From NCBI GenBank assembly GCA_048538275.1, contig JBLYPW010000003.1, positions 15,248 to 79,247 on the forward strand: DNA of 64,000 nucleotides, given 5' to 3'. Source of the DNA: Candidatus Komeilibacteria bacterium. GTDB taxonomy: Bacteria; Patescibacteriota; Patescibacteriia; UBA1558. Numbering within the stretch: the stretch's first letter is position 1; every line of letters starts with the position of its first letter. The position numbers and the translations under genes are program-made. Positions 8,950 to 18,804 of this stretch are shown one piece after another. The notes under the pieces were generated by a model. That model saw only the letters and a list, made by a program, of their open reading frames with translations. It was not told where the DNA came from and did no database searches.

Positions 8950-8983
8950 CCCCAAGTCAGTTACAAAGTAACTGGCTTGGGGA
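8950..8983 (+). terminator. Perfect 15-bp hairpin CCCCAAGTCAGTTAC-AAAG-GTAACTGGCTTGGGG
   Basis: Inverted repeat directly after the stop of the 8631..8930 ORF. Confidence 0.4.
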
Positions 8984-9222
8984 GTAAAATTATTCATCAG
9001 GTTGAGATAAGGAGATGATATGGAGCAAGTTTATTGATTTTTATATATAGATTTAGTAATGATGCACCTCTCATAGCTGAGTAAAAAAATGCAGTGAGGT
9101 TTTACGGATTTAGTTAATTATATTTATTAATATCCTACGTTATGTAGGTTTTTTTATTTATTTTAAGATTGTTTAATAAAATATTTGAACAATCAGATAA
9201 GCATAGGTATAATGTTAGCATT

Positions 9223-10266
9223 ATGAGAATACTAGGTATAGAAAGTAGTTGTGATGAGACAGCCTTTTGCCTGCTCAAGATAAGCGGCTCTAAAATTGAA
9301 GTGGAGCGCAATTTAGTGTCGTCACAAATTGATATTCACTCTCGTTATGGCGGAGTGGTGCCGGAAGTGGCTGCCCGTCAGCATACGGAAGTGATTATTC
9401 CTTTATTACAAGAGACCTGGGGTAGAAAATATCGTCCGCAGGATATTGATTTGTTGGCTGTCACGCAGGGGCCGGGTTTGATCACCTCTTTGCTCATCGG
9501 TTTGCAAACTGCTCAGACCTTATCTTATGTTTGGCAAAAACCATTACTTGGCGTCAATCATTTAGCCGGCCATCTTTATTCTAGTTGGTTGGAGAGTGAC
9601 GAGTTGAATGCTAAGAGTAAAAATATTTTTCCGGCTTTGGGTTTATTGGTCTCCGGCGGCCATACGGAATTGGTTTTAATACGAGATTATGATAGTTATA
9701 AATTAATTGGTCATACAAGGGATGATGCGGCTGGAGAGGCTTTTGATAAAGTAGCTAAAATATTGGGTATGGGTTATCCGGGGGGGCCAGCCATTGCCGA
9801 AGCGGCCGCCGAAGGCAATCCGAGCGAGATAAATTTTCCACGGCCGATGCTTAATAGCAAAAATTTTGATTTTTCTTTTTCCGGTTTAAAAACCGCTGTG
9901 CGTTATTATGTATCAGAACATCGTTTACGTGAACGCCAGATTAATAATGTTTGTGCGAGTTTTCAGCAGGCGGCAGTGGATGTATTGGTAGAAAAAAGCA
10001 AACGAGCTATAGACAAATATCAGGTTAAAAGTTTGCTATTGGGTGGTGGCGTAGCGGCTAATAAAAAATTGCGTAAAGAATTATTGATCATGGCTGATCG
10101 TCAGGGTGTGCAATTTTATTGTCCTCGGATGAAATATACTGGGGATAATGCCGCTATGATTGCTTTGGCTGCTTATTTTCGTTGGCGACATTTATCCATT
10201 AAACAACGGAAGGATTTATTGACCAATTGGTATCGTTTAGAACCAAAACCAAATTGGGATTTATAG
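9223..10266 (+). CDS. tsaD: tRNA N6-adenosine threonylcarbamoyltransferase TsaD (Kae1/Gcp family)
   Basis: MRILGIESSCDETAFCLL...HSRYGGVVPEVAARQHTE is the canonical TsaD N-terminus with the metal-binding motif region. The track ORF begins 18 codons upstream (9169), and the internal Met is the conserved start position. Confidence 0.85.
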   Translation: MRILGIESSCDETAFCLLKISGSKIEVERNLVSSQIDIHSRYGGVVPEVAARQHTEVIIPLLQETWGRKYRPQDIDLLAVTQGPGLITSLLIGLQTAQTLSYVWQKPLLGVNHLAGHLYSSWLESDELNAKSKNIFPALGLLVSGGHTELVLIRDYDSYKLIGHTRDDAAGEAFDKVAKILGMGYPGGPAIAEAAAEGNPSEINFPRPMLNSKNFDFSFSGLKTAVRYYVSEHRLRERQINNVCASFQQAAVDVLVEKSKRAIDKYQVKSLLLGGGVAANKKLRKELLIMADRQGVQFYCPRMKYTGDNAAMIALAAYFRWRHLSIKQRKDLLTNWYRLEPKPNWDL

Positions 10267-10355
10267 TAATAAATTTTTTTAACTACATTTTCAGTTAAGT
10301 CCGCTTCTTATATGGGCGGATTGATTTTTTAGCTAAAATAAGGTATAATTAAAAT

Positions 10356-10796
10356 ATGAAGCAAAAGCATAAAAGTAAAAATGAGGCAGAAACATTGAAT
10401 TTAGCTAAAGAGTTAGCTAAAAATTTTAAAGGTGGTGAAGTTGTTGCCTTGACCGGAGATTTGGGTGCCGGTAAGACGGTTTTTACCAAAGGACTAGCTC
10501 AAGGGGTGGGCTATAAAAAAGTCATTACTAGCCCTACTTTTGTTTTGATGAAAGTTTATCATCCGGACAATTTGACGGTGAAAAATTTTGTTCACGTTGA
10601 TTGTTATCGGATAGATTCTTCTGATGATCTTTATGGCATTGGTTTTAACGATTATTTAGGTAGAGCAGATACGGTAGTAGCTATAGAGTGGGCGGACAAA
10701 GTGAGTGATTTATTACAGAATAAAAAAGGTCATATTATCAATGTAAAAATTAAGGCGGGGCGTAAGGATTTAGAGAGAATAATTGACATAAATTAA
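10356..10796 (+). CDS. tsaE: tRNA threonylcarbamoyladenosine biosynthesis ATPase TsaE (YjeE)
   Basis: Contains the P-loop ALTGDLGAGKTVFTKG and the SPTFVLM motif. It is about 146 aa and lies immediately downstream of tsaD. Confidence 0.8.
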   Translation: MKQKHKSKNEAETLNLAKELAKNFKGGEVVALTGDLGAGKTVFTKGLAQGVGYKKVITSPTFVLMKVYHPDNLTVKNFVHVDCYRIDSSDDLYGIGFNDYLGRADTVVAIEWADKVSDLLQNKKGHIINVKIKAGRKDLERIIDIN

Positions 10797-10798
10797 TT

Positions 10799-12100
10799 AT
10801 GTATAATAAAGAAAATCCATTAGCAGGTAATAATTATGAAAATAAAGAAGTGGCGGAGGGCTTGATAGAAGCCGCTTTGCTTTATTCTCGCAAGGTTAAT
10901 GAAGGTAATAATGGTATTATCAACCAGTTGCAGCTGGATCAGTTAGCGCCGGAAATTTTAAATTATTTTCGTGAGGCTAGCGATGGGCAAATAAATGAAC
11001 AAGAGAGTGTAGCTACTAAATTATTAAAAGTGTATTCACCGGAAGTGGGTAAAACAGAAGCTGCGCGTCAGCAGCAAGCTTATAAAATTTGGGAAGCGGC
11101 GGAAGACAAGAGTGCTTTAGCCAAGGTGCCACGCTTATTATTTTATAAAGAAATAACTATAAAAAATCAGGAATTATTGGAGCGCCTGAGTAATGATGGT
11201 GTGCATGCCATGGACGGCAAGGTAGCGGTTTTGGTGATGGATTTTATTGAGGGGGAAGATTTAGCCATGTACTTAGTTAAGCAAATAGTAGCTCATCATC
11301 CAGAACTGGCTGATTTGCAACAAGCTTTGCAGGATGGCGCAGATATTTCTTTCGCACAATTACATAGTGGCATGTCGGCCGCTTTGGGGTTTGCTACAGC
11401 AGGCGGTCAGCATCGCAATTTGAATGACAATATTTTTGAAGAACAAAAAGTGAATAATGATAATGTTAAGTTAATGGTTGAATTCATGCGACGCAAGGGT
11501 ATAATTATTAATTCAGATATTTTACGAAAGGTTAAAAATACCATTGATCTGTTTCATGCCAATGATTTCCAACACGGAGATTTACATGAGCGCAATATCA
11601 TGTTGCAGTTTGATGAGGCACATAATTTAGCGGATGTTTTTATCATTGATTATGGTCAGCCACCGGCGGAGTTGGAAGAAGAGGGTAGTAAAATTAAATT
11701 GAATGATTATTTATTGTATGCGCGTTATTGGGATTTGACTTTGACGCCAGAGGAAAGAGAAGCAAGCGAGCATAATAAATTGTGGCAAAAACTAGATCGG
11801 TTGGAAAAACGATTACAAGGACAGGCGGATTGGATAACCTTGGCGGACCAGTTGGTGGATAAAGAAAAAAAACTGACCGTAGTCAGTTTAGAAAGATTAT
11901 TTAAAATCAATATTGGTAAGATAACGATGGATCAAGAATTATATTGGGACATAGTCATGGTGGCTTGGCGCAAGTTATTAAAGACAAGACCAAATTTAGC
12001 TTATGAGCACTTGGGACAGGTAGTGGCTAGTAATTTGCCGATTTTTATTCGCAATAAGGTGCGTCAGTTTTGGTCAGCTTTAGAAAAGAGTAAAGCCTAG
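10799..12100 (+). CDS. Protein-kinase-like fold protein (Bud32/RIO/APH-type atypical kinase signature), function unknown
   Basis: It has a hinge-like VAVLVMDFIEGEDL, a catalytic-loop-like HGDLHERNIML, a DFG-like FIIDYGQ, and a candidate VAIK lysine in ATKLLKVY. Its start lies 3 nt after the tsaE stop. Confidence 0.5.
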   Translation: MYNKENPLAGNNYENKEVAEGLIEAALLYSRKVNEGNNGIINQLQLDQLAPEILNYFREASDGQINEQESVATKLLKVYSPEVGKTEAARQQQAYKIWEAAEDKSALAKVPRLLFYKEITIKNQELLERLSNDGVHAMDGKVAVLVMDFIEGEDLAMYLVKQIVAHHPELADLQQALQDGADISFAQLHSGMSAALGFATAGGQHRNLNDNIFEEQKVNNDNVKLMVEFMRRKGIIINSDILRKVKNTIDLFHANDFQHGDLHERNIMLQFDEAHNLADVFIIDYGQPPAELEEEGSKIKLNDYLLYARYWDLTLTPEEREASEHNKLWQKLDRLEKRLQGQADWITLADQLVDKEKKLTVVSLERLFKINIGKITMDQELYWDIVMVAWRKLLKTRPNLAYEHLGQVVASNLPIFIRNKVRQFWSALEKSKA

Positions 12101-12282
12101 GTTTTCCCAGGCTTTAAAAATTGATTAATTGTCTGTATAGACAATGTTTGTTTATTGGCTATTTTAGGGTGGTCATATAAAGTCACCGCACCGTTTTCGT
12201 GGAAACTTATATTTTTCCAGCCCCGAGCTCTAAAAGTTTCTATCAGGGCTTTTTTTTGCTGGGGGTTTAGCTTTTTTAGCAT
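12097..12282 (-). CDS. Small basic protein (61 aa), weak HicA-toxin-like pattern
   Basis: On the minus strand the RBS AAGGAAAAACC precedes the ATG. The product MLKKLNPQQKKALIETFRARGWKNISFHENGAVTLYDHPKIANKQTLSIQTINQFLKPGKT loosely resembles the HicA consensus (..LIKLLEKNGW...GSHH.F.HP.G..TVP.H..KDI..GTL..ILKQAGL). Confidence 0.35.
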   Translation of the reverse strand: MLKKLNPQQKKALIETFRARGWKNISFHENGAVTLYDHPKIANKQTLSIQTINQFLKPGKT

Positions 12283-12372
12283 ATTGGTTTTTCCTTTATG
12301 TAGCCTATTTTTTGTTTGGATGTCTAATCTATCATATTATGAATAGTTTGTCAACCCTATGTAAAAGAAGCT

Positions 12373-14064
12373 TTACTCTGTTTTATCAAACACTTCTTCT
12401 AAAGAAGTGATGCCGTCTTTGGCTTTGAGTAAACCATCTTGAATCATTGTTACCATCCCGTGTTGGATGGCAATATTTTGTGCTTCTTCTTCTGACACTT
12501 TGCCGGACATAACCATTTTTTCAATATCAGTATTCATGGTAAGCACTTCATAGACACCAATGCGGCCTTTGTAGCCAGCATGACATTTATCACAACCCAC
12601 AGCTTTATAAAATTTGAGTTTATCTAACTCTTCTGTTGATAAGGCATCACCAGATTGGGGAGAGATATTGCTGAGTTCATCTTTTACCTTTTGTAGAGTA
12701 TCATCGTCCGGTTTATATTCTTGTTTACAATGTTCACAAAGTTTTCGGACTAAACGTTGGCCAATAAAAGCATTGATAGCAGGAGCGAGTAAAAATGGTT
12801 TGACGCCCATTGCTAAAAAACGAGGTATGGCACCGGCTGCCGAATTAGTATGTAGGGTTGATATCATCAGGTGTCCGGTCAAGGCGGCATTGATGGCCAC
12901 TTCAGCTGTTTCCAAGTCGCGAATTTCACCCACCATCACAATGTCTGGGTCCTGGCGTAAAATAGAGCGCAGGCCGGACGCAAAAGTATAGCCCTTGCTA
13001 GGATCAATTTGGCTTTGATTGATGCCAGCCAGTTTGTATTCTACCGGATCTTCTAAAGTAATGATTTTACTATTTTCATTATTCAGTTTATTGAGAATAG
13101 CATACAGTGTAGTCGTTTTACCTGAACCGGTGGGACCGGTAGTCACGATCATGCCATTGGGACGATTTATATTTTCTTCCATGTCTTGGAAAGAGCGGCC
13201 GCGCAAACCCAGCTGTTCAAATTTTAATCCAACGGAAGAAGATTTTAATAAACGCATGACAATAGATTCGCCATAGCTAGTGGGCATAGTAGAAACACGC
13301 ACATCAATTTTGTCATCGGGTAGAAATATAGTGAAACGACCATCTTGGGGGGCGGTGGTCAGATTTAGCTTTAATCCGGATAACAATTTTACACGAGCGG
13401 TAATTTTAGGCCAATCACTTTTATTCATGGCAGCCATGGTGGTTAGCTCACCGTCAATACGCAGACGCAGCTTAACACTTTTTTCCTCGGCTTCTACATG
13501 AATGTCAGAGGTGTCAAAACGTAAGGCGCTAGCAATGATGAGGGTGACGATTTGGCTGGTGTTGGCTGTATTTAGTTTATTTTGTAAATCTTTTTTGTCC
13601 TGGATACTGTCTTGTAGCTTGGTTAGTTCATCAGCGTCTATCTTTACGCCAGTGCTGATTTCTTGTTGTTTTGGTACACGAGCATACACTTCCATACCCT
13701 TGTCAAAACTTGTTTTAGAAACTAAATACAATTCATACTCTGCGTGCTGCTCTTTTGCCAGAGCTTGACTGGCATTTTGCACGGCTTTATTTTGTGGGTC
13801 GGTAGAAGCGAGGCGCAATTTTTTACCATCATAAAAAAAACAAAGTAAGGGTAACTTGCGTGCTTCGCTTTCTTCTAGCAAGGCCAAAGCTTCTGGGTCA
13901 ATCGGGTAGTCACGCAGATTTATATAAGACAGGCCGCTGCGTTGGGCGCGTTGTTTAATCTCGTCTTCTTGTTCATCAGCTTTGATATTGGCTAATTTAC
14001 TGGCTAGCTCTTCAGCCTTTTCATCACTGCTAATATGAAGTTGTGGTTTTTTATCCTCGGTCAT
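12373..14064 (-). CDS. pilB: Type IV pilus/type II secretion assembly ATPase (PilB/GspE family), paralog 1
   Basis: Shows the Walker A GPTGSGKTTT, the Asp box EDPVEY, Walker B DIVMVGEIRD, the His box GHLMISTLHT, a C-terminal tetracysteine (CEHC...CDKC) and an N-terminal GSPII_E_N-like domain. Confidence 0.85.
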   Translation of the reverse strand: MTEDKKPQLHISSDEKAEELASKLANIKADEQEDEIKQRAQRSGLSYINLRDYPIDPEALALLEESEARKLPLLCFFYDGKKLRLASTDPQNKAVQNASQALAKEQHAEYELYLVSKTSFDKGMEVYARVPKQQEISTGVKIDADELTKLQDSIQDKKDLQNKLNTANTSQIVTLIIASALRFDTSDIHVEAEEKSVKLRLRIDGELTTMAAMNKSDWPKITARVKLLSGLKLNLTTAPQDGRFTIFLPDDKIDVRVSTMPTSYGESIVMRLLKSSSVGLKFEQLGLRGRSFQDMEENINRPNGMIVTTGPTGSGKTTTLYAILNKLNNENSKIITLEDPVEYKLAGINQSQIDPSKGYTFASGLRSILRQDPDIVMVGEIRDLETAEVAINAALTGHLMISTLHTNSAAGAIPRFLAMGVKPFLLAPAINAFIGQRLVRKLCEHCKQEYKPDDDTLQKVKDELSNISPQSGDALSTEELDKLKFYKAVGCDKCHAGYKGRIGVYEVLTMNTDIEKMVMSGKVSEEEAQNIAIQHGMVTMIQDGLLKAKDGITSLEEVFDKTE

Positions 14065-14190
14065 AAGTTTAACCTTTATGCTATTCTAGAATACAGTTTT
14101 TTTTCGCTTTTTACAAGCTAAAAATCTGATCATAAAAATAAAACCCCTATCATTTTAAAAGATGAGAGGGGTAAAATTGTATATATAATT

Positions 14191-15228
14191 TTATAATTTT
14201 GCTTGGCTTTTTTTAACGGCACGAGCGGCTACCCAACGGACAATTTTAGCAAATACTTGACCGGATTGTAATTTACGGAATAATAATGTCCAAGCGACAT
14301 TTTGCCAGGCAGTAAAGACAGCGCTACCAAATAAGAATATAGCGGCGCTTATAACCAGGGCAGCGCCCAAGAAGATATAGAATAATTGGGAGTTGCCACT
14401 CAGCATGCCAATGACTAATAATGGAGAGGCCAGCAGTAGACTCGCCAGGCTCATAATAAAAGCCAAGGCAATGTAAACGATCAAAGCGATAATAGCCATT
14501 TCAATACTGATGAGCCAGTGTTGGGCAAATAGACGCCAACCATGACCAAAGGATTCCCAGAATTTATGCTTTTCTAAAACTACAAAGTTGATAGCGTATT
14601 TGGTTACAAAAGATAGGATGATAGTGAGCGGGACGAAAATGACTAGGGTTATTATGGTCATAGGTAGAGCCCAGGCGCTGCCATTAGCCACCAATATCGT
14701 CAGTAACGGAGTTATTAATAAAGTAAGCAATATAAAGATAATTACCTTGGCTAAAAGATTTAGACCAAAGGCGCGCCAGAAAAATTTATGACTATTTTGC
14801 AGAAGACGAGGCCATTTGAAAGATTTGTCTTCCCTGATGTCATCAGCCGCTTGAATGATTGTAACTTGTGAGACAGTAGCCAACCAAGCCATGACAATGA
14901 CTAATAATATCCCCAACAGGATGGTCAGTAATACGGCTAAAAGATTAGCTAGGGGCAGTTGCCAAATAGCTTGCCAAGCAGTGCCATAGATGGTTATAGT
15001 TCTGGCAATAGCATCATAGACGTTCGGTTGATTACTTAAACGGGATAATTCTACAAAGAGGCTTTTATATTCTGCTACTGTGCCAAAAAACATGGCAAAT
15101 AATCCTAAAAGCCAGAAAAATTTGTATTTTTTTACCATTTCCCAAGAGCGAGCAATGATATTACGATAGAGTGAAGTCATACTTACCCTCCTTTTTGCTA
15201 AATAATTAAGCGCGGTTATTGCCGCCAA
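14191..15228 (-). CDS. Polytopic membrane protein, hypothetical
   Basis: 345 aa with multiple TM helices and no catalytic motif recognised. A terminator-like hairpin lies at about 14120-14155. Confidence 0.5.
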   Translation of the reverse strand: MAAITALNYLAKRRVSMTSLYRNIIARSWEMVKKYKFFWLLGLFAMFFGTVAEYKSLFVELSRLSNQPNVYDAIARTITIYGTAWQAIWQLPLANLLAVLLTILLGILLVIVMAWLATVSQVTIIQAADDIREDKSFKWPRLLQNSHKFFWRAFGLNLLAKVIIFILLTLLITPLLTILVANGSAWALPMTIITLVIFVPLTIILSFVTKYAINFVVLEKHKFWESFGHGWRLFAQHWLISIEMAIIALIVYIALAFIMSLASLLLASPLLVIGMLSGNSQLFYIFLGAALVISAAIFLFGSAVFTAWQNVAWTLLFRKLQSGQVFAKIVRWVAARAVKKSQAKL

Positions 15229-15278
15229 TCAAATACTGATAATAGGCATATATCCGCGCTTATATTTTACCACGATTA

Positions 15279-17096
15279 TTAATTGGCGAAAAGAGCGGCG
15301 AATTCATCTTTCTCCAAAGTTTCTTTAGCCAAAAGAGTGTCGGCAATTTTATCCAATTGTTTGCGATGTTTGCTTATCACTTCATTAGCTTTGTCAGCAC
15401 ATTGGTTGATGATATTGGATACTTCCTTATCAATCGCTTCTGCTGTTTTTTCGCTATAATCACGGCGTTCGTGAATTTCGTTTCCTAAGAAAATCATTTC
15501 TTCTTTTTCGCCAAAAGTTCTCGGTCCAAGATTTTGGTTCATGCCATATTGGGTGACTAGCTGGTTAGCCAATTTTGTGGCACGTTGTAAGTCATTACTA
15601 GCTCCGGTTGTTACTTGACCAAAGATATTTTTTTCAGCTAGATAACCGCCGAGCATGACGCTTATTTCCGCTAAAAATTCAGAATAAGTGTGCAGGTGTT
15701 TATCTTCGGTAGGGAGTTTCATGGTATAGCCGGCAGCGCGTCCGCGTGATATGATGGAGACTTTATGTACCGGATCAGCTTCGGGCAAGATATGAGCTAT
15801 GAGAGCATGACCACCTTCATGATAGGCTGTAACTTTCTTTTCTTTGTCAGATAAAATATGACTTTTGCGTTGCGGTCCGATGGTAACTTTTTCTAATGCT
15901 TCTAATAAATCTTCCATATTTATTTTTTTACGATCTTCCCGACCCGCCAAGATAGCCGCTTCATTGAGAATATTAGCCAAATCTGCTCCGGCTAGACCGG
16001 GGGTTCGTTCGGCGATAGGGCGTAAAGCAACGTCAGCCGATAGCGGCTTGTTAGTGGCATGTATTTTGAGAATAGCTTCTCTTTCCTTTATATCCGGTAA
16101 ATCAATAACCACCTGACGGTCAAAACGTCCTGGTCGCAGGAGAGCCGGGTCTAGGACGTCAGGGCGATTGGTCGCTGCCAGAACAATAATATTGGTAGTT
16201 TGTTCAAAGCCATCCATTTCTACCAAGATTTGATTGAGTGTTTGTTCACGTTCATCGTGTGAACCGCCCAAACCAGCGCCACGACGACGACCAACGGCAT
16301 CTATTTCATCAATAAAGATTATACAAGGAGAAGTTTTTTTAGCGCGTTTGAAAAGATCACGCACTCGAGAAGCACCTACGCCGACAAACATTTCTACAAA
16401 TTCAGATCCAGAAATATGAAAAAATGGAACCTTAGCTTCTCCTGCCACAGCCCGAGCTAAAAGCGTTTTTCCAGTACCGGGAGCGCCAAGTAACAGCGTG
16501 CCTTTTGGTATTTTAGCGCCTAAGTCAAGGAATTTTTTGGGATTGCGTAAAAATTGTACCACTTCTTCTAGTTCTTGTTTGGCCTCCGTACTGCCAGCTA
16601 CGTTTTTGAAAGTAACATTATTTTTACCCAAAGGACTAATTTTTGCACCAGACTGCCCAAAAGATAAAGCTCTATTATTTGCACCCTGTACTTGGCGAAA
16701 CATAAAGAATATGAATAAACCAATGAATAGGATTGGCAGTACAATGGGTAAAATAGCAGTTAGCCAAATGGAGCTTTCCGTATTGGTGGCAATATCTAGA
16801 TTCAAATTTTGTAGCTTTTCACCACTGACGCCATAATTGCGCAGGGTTGTCGTCAGCGATTCGCCAACTTCTTTTTTAGCTAGTTTGGTAGAGCCGTCAG
16901 TCAGCTTGACTACTAGCTCTTCGCCGTCCACTTGGATATTATTGATTTGATCAGACTGAATATATTGTACCAGTTGATTGAGATTTATTTTTTCCGATAC
17001 TTGCTGTTTGGTATTGTATAAGCTGAAAAAAGAAGCTAATAACAAGAATACAAATAGAAAGACAAAGAAATTTTTTGTCAGATTATTTTTTTTCAT
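15279..17096 (-). CDS. ftsH: ATP-dependent zinc metalloprotease FtsH
   Basis: An N-terminal TM region is followed by the AAA Walker [19 protein letters not shown], Walker B IIFIDEID, the SRH, and the zinc site HEGGHAL. Confidence 0.9.
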   Translation of the reverse strand: MKKNNLTKNFFVFLFVFLLLASFFSLYNTKQQVSEKINLNQLVQYIQSDQINNIQVDGEELVVKLTDGSTKLAKKEVGESLTTTLRNYGVSGEKLQNLNLDIATNTESSIWLTAILPIVLPILFIGLFIFFMFRQVQGANNRALSFGQSGAKISPLGKNNVTFKNVAGSTEAKQELEEVVQFLRNPKKFLDLGAKIPKGTLLLGAPGTGKTLLARAVAGEAKVPFFHISGSEFVEMFVGVGASRVRDLFKRAKKTSPCIIFIDEIDAVGRRRGAGLGGSHDEREQTLNQILVEMDGFEQTTNIIVLAATNRPDVLDPALLRPGRFDRQVVIDLPDIKEREAILKIHATNKPLSADVALRPIAERTPGLAGADLANILNEAAILAGREDRKKINMEDLLEALEKVTIGPQRKSHILSDKEKKVTAYHEGGHALIAHILPEADPVHKVSIISRGRAAGYTMKLPTEDKHLHTYSEFLAEISVMLGGYLAEKNIFGQVTTGASNDLQRATKLANQLVTQYGMNQNLGPRTFGEKEEMIFLGNEIHERRDYSEKTAEAIDKEVSNIINQCADKANEVISKHRKQLDKIADTLLAKETLEKDEFAALFAN

Positions 17097-17114
17097 AAGT
17101 AAGTTAGTTAGATT

Positions 17115-18383
17115 TTAGCTTTGGGTTACTTTATTATCAGTGGCTGTTGTTTCATCTTTTGTATTCTGTTTGGTTTTTGCTTCAGCGACTGACGAGACCG
17201 GTTTCTTTTTTTCCTCTTTTTTATCTTCATTAGTTTGAGTCTCGACCGGTTTTTCTTTTGCTTTGGACTCAGTTTTCACTTTGTCGGCGATCAAACTCAA
17301 GCCCAGACGATGATTGGTGGGCTCTATGGAAATGATAGTAAATTTATAAGTTTCATCAGGCTGTACCACCTCACTAGGGTCGGCAATTTCTTTAGTTGAT
17401 AGTTCGGAAACATGAGCCAAGCCATGAATATCTTCATCTAGTTCTACAAAAGCACCAAAAGGATTGGTTTTCAATACCTTGCCCTCAACCTGCTGACCGA
17501 TTTTGTACTTATCGGTAATTTCTTTCCAGGGATCAGTCTTTAATTTTTTAATAGATAAAGATATTTTAGAATTTTCAATAGCAATAATGGCGGCTTTAAT
17601 TTTATCACCCACATGGATAATGTCACGTGGGTCATCAATGCGCTGCCAGGCTAATTCAGAAATATGAACCAAGCCTTCTAGATTATCACCAAATTCTACG
17701 AAAGCGCCAAAATCAACTACTCCGGTGACCACACCTTCAATAGTGCTACCAACCTTATATTCAGAGATCGCGGCTTGCTGTTTTTCTTCCCAAGCGGCTT
17801 TTTCTGAAACAATAAGTTTTTCTTCCGCTTCATTGACATCAATAATTTTGACTTTAAACTCATCACCAATAAATTCTTTCAAGTGGGCAAGAATTTTATT
17901 ACGATCACCACCTTCTACACGTGGATAATGTTCGGTGGTCAACTGGGATACAGGCAAAAAGCCGACTACATTGCCAACTTTTATCATCAGACCGCCCTTA
18001 TTAGCATCAATGATTTTAGCCATGACAATTTCTCCAGACTCTTGTAATTCATCCAATTGTTCCCAAGCTTTTTGATGTCCAGCATAACGGAAGGATAATT
18101 CCATCAAGCCATTTTCATTTTCTAGATCCAGTACAGTGGCGGCGGCTGTGTCGCCTATTTTTATATTATCCAGATCACCTGACTCATCTTGAATTTCTTT
18201 ACCACGCACCACGCCACTAGTGACACCGTTGATATCTAGATGAACTTCATTTTTGCCGATACTTATTATAGTACCCTCTACCAAGTCACCCACTTGCGGT
18301 ACATTGATAGCATTGGGTTCTTGCGCCAATAGCTCTGCCATTTTGCTTCCGGAGGCGTCTTTTTTATTTAGTGTTTTAGACAT
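17115..18383 (-). CDS. rpsA: 30S ribosomal protein S1 (four S1 domains) with Lys/Glu-rich C-terminal tail
   Basis: Repeated S1-domain cores (GDLVEGTIISI..., GFLPVSQL, GLVHISEL, GLAHVSEL) sit in a 422-aa protein. Confidence 0.8.
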   Translation of the reverse strand: MSKTLNKKDASGSKMAELLAQEPNAINVPQVGDLVEGTIISIGKNEVHLDINGVTSGVVRGKEIQDESGDLDNIKIGDTAAATVLDLENENGLMELSFRYAGHQKAWEQLDELQESGEIVMAKIIDANKGGLMIKVGNVVGFLPVSQLTTEHYPRVEGGDRNKILAHLKEFIGDEFKVKIIDVNEAEEKLIVSEKAAWEEKQQAAISEYKVGSTIEGVVTGVVDFGAFVEFGDNLEGLVHISELAWQRIDDPRDIIHVGDKIKAAIIAIENSKISLSIKKLKTDPWKEITDKYKIGQQVEGKVLKTNPFGAFVELDEDIHGLAHVSELSTKEIADPSEVVQPDETYKFTIISIEPTNHRLGLSLIADKVKTESKAKEKPVETQTNEDKKEEKKKPVSSVAEAKTKQNTKDETTATDNKVTQS

Positions 18384-18804
18384 TTAATGATTAGATTAGC
18401 CCAAAATTTGAGCGCCTGAACGGTTTGACCATAAATTGGCCGCCGCCAGGCTTAATTAATTAGTAAAATAGCTATGACAGCTTACAATATTTCTACTTTT
18501 TTGGCAAGGGGTAGAGGAGTAATTTTGTTTTTGGGTATTTTTATTGCAAGGGGGCTGATTTTTTGTTTATTTTTATAAATTTATAAATAACCATAATTAA
18601 TTATAATATGGCTAGTTTTATACTTGATTTATGCAGTTTTTTTTGTTAAAATAAAGGAGCTGTATGTTAAACTTTTATTCTTGCCACAGCGGGTCGGTGG
18701 GGTAAATGTGAAGCCATCATTTGTGTTCCCGGCGGGCCGATTTTGGCTCGTAAGTGATTTTGTGCCGGGGCTATAAAGGTGTTTTATTTTTATATTAAAA
18801 AAAT

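Noticed and set aside
12155-12346. 63-aa plus-strand track ORF
   Set aside because: It overlaps and is antisense to the better-supported 61-aa minus-strand ORF, and has a hydrophobic junk-like sequence.
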